The position numbers were made by a program, and so were the translations under genes. From contig NW_021827385.1 in the NCBI RefSeq assembly GCF_006345805.1, forward strand, positions 1 through 10,502: a DNA stretch of 10,502 nucleotides, in the 5' to 3' direction. Under the pieces are notes generated by a model, which was not told the DNA's origin, made no database searches, and was given only the letters and a program-made list of their open reading frames with translations. Below, piece by piece: positions 1-7,376 of the stretch (the first letter of the stretch is position 1; each line of letters opens with the position of its first letter). Source of the DNA: Octopus sinensis. Lineage: Eukaryota.

Positions 1-35
1 CATATATAAATATTATATAAATAAGGATAAATAAG

Positions 36-178
36 GTAAGATCAATATTTAAATACCGATCTTATCAGGTGGCCAGCATGAGAATAAAACCCTTAAAAGG
101 TAATAATTATTATTAAAATTATAATTTAGGGTATCTAAGAGATACCACCACGCGTGAAACAGCAGCTAAAACTTGACT
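36..178. repeat. Diverged copy 1 of a local ~240-bp repeat unit (partial)
   Basis: Shares TAAGATC..GATCTTA, (G/A)GTGG(C/T)CAGCATG, AAGGTAATAATTATT, GTATCT-nnn-AGATAC and AGCAGC blocks with 284-895 and 1148-1388; similarity fades after ~178. Confidence 0.8.
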
Positions 179-258
179 AAAATTCCTAATTCAAATTCCT
201 AATAATAGAAATCGATGCAGACATGGGAATCCGTGAAAGCCACGTGACCGAAGAGTGC

Positions 259-280
259 ATATATATATATATATATATAT
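259..280. repeat. (AT)11 microsatellite bounding the repeat element
   Basis: Direct reading. Confidence 0.95.
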
Positions 281-283
281 GAG

Positions 284-895
284 GATAAGATCGTTAATTT
301 AAAAATAAAATAACGATTTTATCAAGTGGTCAGCATGGAAAAAATAACCTTCAAAGGTAATCTCTCTCTATATAAACGGCAGTTTGTCTGTGTGTGTTTC
401 TGTGTGTCTGTTAGGTTGTACCCTCACCCTGACCACGGCTTTCAACCGATTCTGATGAAACTTGACACACACATAGCCCAATGTCATAATTCAAAACTAA
501 CGCAGCGAAAATTTTGAAAAGTTCTCCCAGTTCTGAAAAAAATCGATAAATTCGACATGGGGTCGAGAATCAGAAACACAAACAACAAACTGTCTAGGGG
601 ACGCAACTCGACCTTTTTAACTAAAAAAGAATTTACCATAATTTTTTTTCCATTTTTTGGCTATAACTCTCTAAAATGCTATATAGTTATTTCCCTTACA
701 AACCCGAGCAACGCCGGGCGATACTGCTAGTAATTATTAAAATTATAAATTAGGGTATCTACGAGATACTACCATGCTGAAAATAGCAGCTATGATCTGA
801 CTCTAAAACCACTTTAATTGTCCATATATCAACACGGAGAGGAAAACAAAGAGACAAGATGAAACTAGTAAAAAATTACTGGATAATTCTAGATC
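284..895 (-). repeat. Copy 2 of the ~240-bp unit (284-360 + 731-895), split by a Helitron
   Basis: After removing 361-730 it aligns to 1148-1388 with 9 substitutions and one 1-bp indel over ~242 nt (manual alignment). Strand is inferred from the attached hammerhead. Confidence 0.92.
361..730 (+). mobile_element. Non-autonomous Helitron (370 bp)
   Basis: 5' TC (361), 3' CTAG (727-730), GC-rich subterminal hairpin CCCG-A-GC-AAC-GC-CGGG (703-718) ending 12 nt before the end, inserted between A360 and T731 with no TSD. Empty sites GGTAA|TAATT at 103/104 and 1224/1225. Internal (GT/GTCT)-like tract near the 5' end. Confidence 0.93.
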
Positions 896-943
896 CGGAT
901 TTCTGACTTTGCATTTATGAATGCTTTGCCTCGTCAGTAGAAT
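886..943 (-). ncRNA. Type I hammerhead ribozyme motif HHR-a
   Basis: Minus strand: ATTCTA-CTGACGA-GGC AAA GCATT CATA AATGC AAA GTC-A-GAA-ATCCGGAT-C-TAGAAT. Stem I 6 bp perfect, intact CUGACGA core, bipartite stem II, palindromic stem III, AUC triplet, predicted cleavage between 892 and 891. One extra A (904) precedes G12. Confidence 0.85.
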
Positions 944-1147
944 ACACACAGAAGATAAGCATAAATACATATATATATATAAATACAACATACGAATACT
1001 TACATATACGAACGTATACCCACATATATATGCACGTATGATCATGGCCAGTTCAAAATGCCCGCCGATTAATTCCATGTGAGATATGGTCAAAATATCG
1101 CCGCAGTAAATACAGTGACGAAATAAATTTAAATTTATATAAATAAA

Positions 1148-1388
1148 GATAAGATCGTTAATTTTAAAATAAAATAACGATTTTATCAAGTGGTCAGCAT
1201 GGCAAAAATAACCTTCAAAGGTAATAATTATTAAAATTATAAATTGGAGTATCTACGAGATACCACCATGCTAAAAATAGCAGCCATGATCTGACTCTAA
1301 AACCATTATAATTGTCCATATATCAACACGGAGAGAAAACAAAGAGACAAGATGAAACTAGTAAAAAATTACTGGATAATTCTAGATC
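1148..1388 (-). repeat. Copy 3 of the ~240-bp unit (uninterrupted, 241 bp)
   Basis: About 96% identical to copy 2; ends at TCTAGATC, 4 nt before a (TA)13 run. Confidence 0.92.
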
Positions 1389-1392
1389 TAAT

Positions 1393-1418
1393 TATATATA
1401 TATATATATATATATATA
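1393..1418. repeat. (TA)13 microsatellite
   Basis: Direct reading. Confidence 0.95.
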
Positions 1419-1647
1419 GTTGGAATTTACAAAAACAAAACAAAAGACGAAGACGGATGTATAAAAACAAACAGATGTATTAGTTTAACGCTCGGGAAGG
1501 TGAGAAAGTCTTTTACGCTTCGAGCCTACGCTCTTCAACAGAAAGGAACAAACAGAGAGAAAAAAAAAATCAAAAAAATTTAGTGGCTAGTGATCGATCA
1601 TAACGAATGCCGGACGGAGGTGGTTAGACAGGAGAGCTAGAAAGAAG
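1419..1647 (-). mobile_element. Probable Penelope-like/non-autonomous repeat fragment carrying a minimal hammerhead
   Basis: Segment between two (TA)n runs containing HHR-b. Minimal hammerheads with palindromic stem III are characteristic of Penelope-like elements. No ORF; extent uncertain and may continue to ~2274. Confidence 0.45.
1510..1545 (-). ncRNA. Minimal, variant type I hammerhead motif HHR-b
   Basis: Minus strand: CTTT-CTGTTGA-A-GAGC GTAG GCTC-GAA-GCGT-A-AAAG. Stem I 4 bp, stem II 4 bp with tetraloop, loopless stem III (ACGT palindrome with A15.1->G), GUA triplet. The core has U at position 6 instead of A. Confidence 0.65.
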
Positions 1648-1798
1648 GATATATATATATATATATCTGTAAATGTAATATGTGACAATTATTCTGTAGC
1701 CATGATAAAACTCCGAGTTTCAGATGCCGAGGTGGAAATCGGTCTAATGATCTGTTGTGAAAAACTGAACGACCTTTTTAAAAAAAGGAACATAAACA

Positions 1799-2208
1799 GG
1801 CGCAGGAGTGGCTGTGTGGTAAATAGCTTGCTAACCAACCACATGGTTCCGGGTTCAGTCCCACTGCGTGGCATCTTGGGCAAGTGTCTTCTGCTATAGC
1901 CCCGGGCCGACCAATGCCTTGTGAGTGGATTTGGTAGACGGAAACTGAAAGAAGCCTGTCGTATATATGTATATATATATATAAGTTTGTGTGTCTGTGT
2001 TTGTCCCCCTAGCATTGCTTGACAACCGATGCTGGTGTGTTTACGTCCCCGTCACTTAGCGGTTCGGCAAAAAGAGACCGATAGAATAAGTACTGGGCTT
2101 ACAAAAAGAATAAGTCCCGGGGTCGAGTTGCTCGACTAAAGGCGGTGCTCCAGCATGGCCGCAGTCAAATGACTGAAACAAGTAAAAGAGTAAAAAGAGT
2201 AAAAAGAG
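1799..2208 (+). mobile_element. Full-length tRNA-derived SINE
   Basis: A-box-like TGGCTGTGTGG (1809-1819), B-box-like GGTTCAGTCCC (1852-1862), internal (TA)/(TG) tract, 3' tail of AGAGTAAAA repeats, candidate TSD TAAACA (1793-1798 / 2209-2214). Related fragments at 2326-2520 and 3742-3807. Confidence 0.9.
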
Positions 2209-2273
2209 TAAACATTTTAGGTCGTTCAATTTTATAAAATATTTTGCCTTGATTGATAATCACTCACTAGAAC

Positions 2274-2274
<1 letters not shown>

Positions 2275-2315
<41 letters not shown>

Positions 2316-2322
2316 TATATAT
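2275..2322. repeat. (TA)n microsatellite
   Basis: Direct reading. Confidence 0.95.
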
Positions 2323-2325
2323 GAC

Positions 2326-2519
2326 CTTTTACACTTTTACAAGTTTTAGTCATTTAATTGTGCCTTTATTAAAAGAAATCGACCCCATATCCTATTCTTT
2401 GTAATTCTAGTATTTATTCTATCAGTCTATTTCTCTGAACCCCTAAGTTTCTGAACACACCAACATCGATTGTCAAGCGATGGGGGGGGGGAAGACACAA
2501 GCACTGACACAGAGGCATA

Positions 2520-2520
<1 letters not shown>
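2326..2520 (-). mobile_element. Degraded 3' half of the same SINE family, inverted
   Basis: ACACCAACATCGATTGTCAAGCGAT (2456-2480) and TCGACCCC..TATTCTTTGTAA..AGTATTTATTCTATCAGTCT match the reverse complement of ~2010-2130. Confidence 0.85.
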
Positions 2521-2600
<80 letters not shown>

Positions 2601-2640
2601 GTGTATGTATATATGTATATAGATATATATGTGTGTGTAT
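2517..2640. repeat. Compound (CA)n/(TA)n/(TG)n microsatellite
   Basis: Direct reading; source of the spurious HT/CV-repeat ORFs. Confidence 0.95.
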
Positions 2641-2747
2641 TTATAATAGCGGTCACAAAAGTGACAAAGAGTACTGATTAGCACTGCTCTTGCTAAACAT
2701 AAGAGTTGAAATAACTCGAAGCCACAAAATCAGTATTTTGAGTAAGT

Positions 2748-2830
2748 CCCTAGCATGCATAGCTGGATCGCGTTTTCGGATTTTGATGTAGACCATCTTA
2801 ATCCTCATCAGCGGCTCTTAATGCCTAGGG
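2748..2830 (-). ncRNA. Type I hammerhead ribozyme motif HHR-c with extended stem I
   Basis: Minus strand: CCCTAGGCATTAAG-AGCCG-CTGATGA-GGATT AA GATG GTCTA CATC AA AATCC-GAA-AACGCGAT-C-CAGCT-ATGCATGCTAGGG. Perfect CUGAUGA/GAAA core, AUC triplet, predicted cleavage between 2766 and 2765. Stem I has one C-A mismatch; stem III is a near-palindrome with one A-A mismatch. Confidence 0.88.
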
Positions 2831-3000
2831 TTAAACTCAACTACCTCTGTCAATCTTATAAGAAAAACTGTTGAAAACGTGTGCTGCAAAAGAGGTGGTT
2901 GACAGTACCCTTTGTCAATTTTATGACCTCTATTGATTTTGCTTTCAGGTTTTAATTGCTAATAAGCCACCCTTTTCAGTTTGTTATATATATATATATA

Positions 3001-3736
3001 CAGGGTGGGGAAGCAAAATTTACAATATTTTGAGGCAGGGATTGAAAGACAGTGTATGACCAATTAGTTTATTGAAAGTCATGAAAATTTACATAATAGA
3101 AAATGCTTTTATTCTATGTGTCCTCCTTCTTTCTCAATAACTGCCTTCACACGCTTCCTGAAACTTGCACCAGGGTTCCTCAAATATTCGGGAGACAACT
3201 TCTCCCATTCTTCTTTAATAGTATCTTTAAGAGAGTCGACATTGCTGTGTGATGTTCTATTGGTAGCATGTTCTAAAACGCCCCAAATAGCATAATCCAG
3301 AGGGTTCAGATCTGGGCTAGAAGGCGGCCATAAACACGATTCCAAAGAATTGCTAAAGTTGGATTTGCCGAAATCTTGTACTTTTTTAGCTGTGTGGGCT
3401 GGAGCACCATCCTGTGTCCAAAAATAATTACCATCTGGGTAGTTTGCTTTAAGCCATGGCAATACCTGGTATCTCAGAGTCTTGTAGTAAGTATTAACAT
3501 TGATCTTTTCATCAGCTTTGTAGAATTTTATAGGCATTTTCTTTTCATCGGAAGCCACAACACTAAAAGCCATAACTTGAGCAGGATGTTTTGCTTTGAA
3601 TGTCCCCTTAACCTCAGCTGTCGAGTTTGCGATAAATTTGTCATTTCCGCAGTTCAGAACAGCATCGACAGTGAAGATCTTTTCATCTGAAAAAATCGTT
3701 ACAATGGAGGACTTTTACTTGAACCATGTAAAAAAA
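3001..3736 (-). mobile_element. 5'-truncated Tc1/mariner DNA transposon, DD37D (maT) family
   Basis: One terminal sequence CAGGGTGGGGAAGCAAAATTTACAATA starting right after a (TA)n run (TA target). Transposase catalytic region inside. No matching second TIR found. Confidence 0.88.
3109..3714 (-). pseudogene. DD37D transposase, C-terminal catalytic domain only (~201 aa open frame)
   Basis: In-frame IFSDEKIFTVD...WTQDGAPAH...WPPSSPDLNPLDY with 37 residues between the 2nd and 3rd D. In-frame TAA at 3715-3717 upstream; N-terminal DNA-binding domain missing. Confidence 0.92.
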
Positions 3737-3741
3737 TCCAA

Positions 3742-3815
3742 TTGTTCAACTAAAATCTTTCAAGACTGTTCTAGCATGGCCGTAGTCTATTTACTAAAAC
3801 AAGTAAACAAAAAAT
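3742..3815 (+). mobile_element. Old SINE 3' tail fragment
   Basis: 3771-3807 matches 2150-2186 at 31/37 nt; TTGTTCAACTAAA matches TTGCTCGACTAAA at 11/13. Confidence 0.8.
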
Positions 3816-4027
3816 GATAAATGTTATGGGGTTATTACCCGTCACCTAAAGAACCATTGTAATTGCGAAACTCGTGGGCGGAATGTAGAAACGGTTTACC
3901 TTGTACTCTAGTTACTCTTGCGAAAAAAATTGCAGTACTTTGCAAATTAGCATCGAGTTCTTTGGCCATGAATTGCTATGGATTTTCGTACGCACAGACA
4001 CACAAACACGTGTGTATGTATGCATGT

Positions 4028-4033
<6 letters not shown>

Positions 4034-4060
<27 letters not shown>

Positions 4061-4062
4061 TA
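4034..4062. repeat. (GA)n microsatellite
   Basis: Direct reading. Confidence 0.9.
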
Positions 4063-4488
4063 CGGGACGAGAGATAAATGGGCTGATAAATGTTTGTGTT
4101 AAATTATGTGTTGGATTTGTGAGTAGAAATGGGTGCGACAGACTCCATCTTTGCCCGTCTGTCTGTCTGTGTGCTTGCTTTTACGTGAAAAAAAAAAGAG
4201 ATGTGTGGCGTTTGGTAGTTATAAGACTATACGACTGCATTAGCTAATGTGTACGCTTATGTGTTTATAGATTCACAGCCAGAAATAGGCACTTACAGAT
4301 ATATATAGACAAATGAAGAGACAGATCAATAGCAGATTTTAACACACACATAAACAAATACATCCACATATTCATATTTGTATGTGTGTATATATATATA
4401 AATGCGTTATTACGCACCGTGTCATCTGTCTATTTAGTTATGTGTCTATGAAATTATGTGTCAGTGAATCTGCATTATATACCTACGA

Positions 4489-4513
4489 ACACAGACACAC
4501 AGACACACACACA

Positions 4514-4549
<36 letters not shown>

Positions 4550-4572
4550 CTCTCTCTCCTTCTCCTCTCTCT

Positions 4573-4603
<31 letters not shown>

Positions 4604-4699
4604 GTACGTATATATATTTATAGTTATATATATGTATATATATGTATAGTATATGTATATATATGTAGATATATGTATATATATGTATATATATATATG

Positions 4700-4755
<56 letters not shown>

Positions 4756-4775
4756 ATGCAGAGAGAGAGAGAGAG
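4489..4775. repeat. Compound (CA)/(CT)/(TA, TATG)/(GA) microsatellite block
   Basis: Direct reading; source of the YI/HT-repeat ORFs. Confidence 0.95.
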
Positions 4776-5076
4776 GAAGGAAAAAAGAAAGAATGAAAGA
4801 GATAAGTCCGAGAAGGAAAAAAATACAAGCCATTCGATATATTTTAGCCTTAATCCTTGGAATATCAATGAAATATCAGGAAGTAGGTTTGCACAGATGT
4901 TACCGCATGGAATCTTTGAAGTCGTATAACAGAATACTGTTGGACTAAATATATTGTTCATAATAATGCTGGCAGCCAACAGACCTTGAAATGGTATGAC
5001 AGTTACCAAAAAGCAGCTGAGACCATTGACCAAGGCACTTCTTCATCTCCTACCTCGCACTATCACAATCTAATAC

Positions 5077-5077
<1 letters not shown>

Positions 5078-5121
<44 letters not shown>

Positions 5122-5143
5122 TTGTATGTATGTATGATGTATG

Positions 5144-5191
<48 letters not shown>

Positions 5192-5534
5192 TGTACACAC
5201 ACATTTATATATATCTATCTATCTATATATATATATATGTGTGTGTGTGTATGTATATACATAAACGCACATATATATAAATGCATATATATATATATAT
5301 ATGTATGTATAATGCATATGCGTACATATATACTTATACATATATAAATATATACATATACACATACGTGTACATATATATATATATATATGCATTTATA
5401 CATATATATATATATATACAAAGTTACTATATATATATATGTGTGTGTGTATGTATGCATGCATTTGTACATATGTATGTGTGTGTGTGTGTGTGGTGTG
5501 TGTGTGTGCATGTGCGTATATATGTGTGTGTGTA
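5078..5534. repeat. Compound (TA)/(TATG)/(TG) microsatellite block
   Basis: Direct reading. Confidence 0.95.
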
Positions 5535-5786
5535 ATTTTTTCTTGTTTTTTTCAGTTTTTCTTCTCTGTGTAAAATCTTGTTATTTTCTGGTGCATTATA
5601 TGAATAAACATGATTTTGTTACACAGCAATTTCGCTTTCGTAGTCCAGTGAGGAAATTGGTAGCATGAAGTGGCTCTTCTATTGGTCGGTATGGTTCTAT
5701 TGACAATTTCTGTTTCCCTTGGATTTATTAAGATAAGTAGTAGTAGTAGTAGTAGTAGTAATAGCAGAAGCAGCAGCAGTTGTAAT

Positions 5787-6399
5787 GCCCTGATACAGTA
5801 CCAGGCTGTGGCTTTTATGGCTTCTGATCTTAACTGATCGGAAGTGATGTCATGTATATGTTTTGTCTTGGTAGAAAAGATGACCTACAACAAATATTCC
5901 GCTTAATATCACTGGCTTGCTTGTCAGTTATTTGACCTTAACCTGTTGAACATGTCTCTGAATGGTTAGCGATATGTCTATCTCTGAACACGAGCAGAAA
6001 TAGTTGGGGGAGCATCATAGCCATGTGTTGGAAGAAGTTTTGGGAGTTTGAACGACTCACCCTTGGAAACATGGGTGTTTCGCTCATCCTCCTTAAAAAC
6101 GTTTATTCAGGGTGCTTTTGAGCAGGATGGGATACTCGAACGGAGGGAAATTCTGATTAGGTCTCCACCCGCAAGGTCATGAGCGGGATGGGCTACTCAA
6201 CCTGAAGAAAATTCTAACTGGGCCCCACCTGCAAGGTCATGTGCTGTTTATCTTGATATGAGATCACCATGTCGCGCACATATGGTTGTGATGCATGTGC
6301 CTGGTGTACCTTTATCAGGCGGGTAGTCATGATGGGTATATTGGGCTTCGTATATTTTACCCCAGTGTCACTTTGATGGCATGAACTGCTCTCTCACTC
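5787..6399 (+). mobile_element. Copy A of a ~550-nt non-coding AAT-targeted element (chimeric, 60-bp internal duplication)
   Basis: Starts AAT|GCCCTGAT and ends CTCTCACTC|AATAAT like 7820-8369 and 8432-8972; 6120-6180 and 6181-6240 are a diverged tandem pair. Confidence 0.88.
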
Positions 6400-6469
6400 A
6401 ATAATAATAATAATAGTAATAGTAATACTAATACTACTACTACTACTAATAATAATAATAGTAATAATA

Positions 6470-7376
6470 AAACAGGCAAAGGAATATCTAAGTGAATTCC
6501 GAATACAACCAATTTCGGAATTAGAGATAGACATACAAGAAACAAGCACAGAAAAAGCTAGGCGCATGAAAACCCGCGCCAAAACTGCGGCCTTAGATAT
6601 TCTGAATAATAAATGGCAAGAAAAACCTCTCTATGGCAAATACCCAAAGAGAGCGAATAATGCAGATATTGACAAAGCCCTGACCCATCAATGGCTAATG
6701 GCCTCTGGCCTAAAATCTGAAACAGGGGTTTATCATAGCAGCTCAAGATCAATGCCTACCAACAAGAAACTACCAGGCCAATATATTAAAGAACGGCAGT
6801 AGCCCAACATGTCGTGTATGCCGGCAACAAAATGAAACCATTGATCATGTTGTCTCCAAATGCAGTCTTCTAGCGCATACAGAGTACCTCAACAGGCATG
6901 ATAAAGCTGCACAATATATTCACTGGGTAATTTGCAAAAACCTGGATTTGCCCCATGAAAAAAACTGGTGGGAACACAATCCACCTCCAGTGCTTGAAAA
7001 TGACCACATCTCACTCCTCTGGAACTTCACCATTCAAACTGACAGGAAGATAGATGCAAATAGGCCAGACATCATATTGAAAGACTTCAGACAAAGAACA
7101 TGCCTCCTCATTGATATGACTGTCCCAATCGATATAAACGTATCTGTCAAGACCTACCAAAAACTCAGCAAATATAAAGATCTTGAAATAGAAATCAGCA
7201 AAATGTGGAAGCTGAAGACTAAAACAATACCTGTTGTCATAGGTGCCCTGGGAATGATAGCGAAAGGGACTAATTGCTACCTAACTCAGATACTAGGAAA
7301 CCCCAAAATGGCAGAAATTCAAAAGATAGTGCTCATGGGAACTGCTCATATCCTACGCAAAATACTCTCTATGTAA
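6470..7376 (+). pseudogene. C-terminal RT-downstream region + zinc knuckle + RLE domain of the LINE ORF, one frameshift near 6725
   Basis: Frame 1 ...WQEKPLYGKY...HQWLMASGLKSET shifts to frame 2 (6726-7376, open) GFIIAAQDQCLPTRNY...CRVCRQQNETIDHVVSKC (C-X2-C-X8-H-X4-C, 6810-6863)...NRHD...RPDIILKD...LLIDMTVP...KLSKYKDL...VVIGALG...GTAHILRK. Confidence 0.92.

Noticed and set aside
36-68. Minus-strand CTGATAA (TTGATAA in copies 2/3) followed by a hairpin, as a variant hammerhead
   Set aside because: The hairpin is followed by TTA, not GAA, and the motif is simply part of the longer inverted repeat.
452-470. CTGATGA-AAC inside the Helitron as a plus-strand hammerhead core
   Set aside because: No stem II between the core and GAAA and no stem I/III partners.
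1411-2282. Terminal inverted repeats defining 1419-2274 as a single MITE
   Set aside because: Beyond the flanking (TA)n, the ends match too weakly to support from this copy alone.
3856-3864. ATTGTAATT as the second TIR of the maT element
   Set aside because: Only a short AT-rich match; the diagnostic CCCCACCCTG-TA end is absent.
5664-5745. Hydrophobic frame HEVALLLVGMVLLTISVSLG as a possible exon
   Set aside because: Weak polypyrimidine tract, no convincing donor site, no homology evidence.
6202-6225. CTGAAGA in the 550-nt element as a hammerhead core
   Set aside because: Not conserved in copies B and C (CAGAAGA), and no correctly placed stem II/GAAA.
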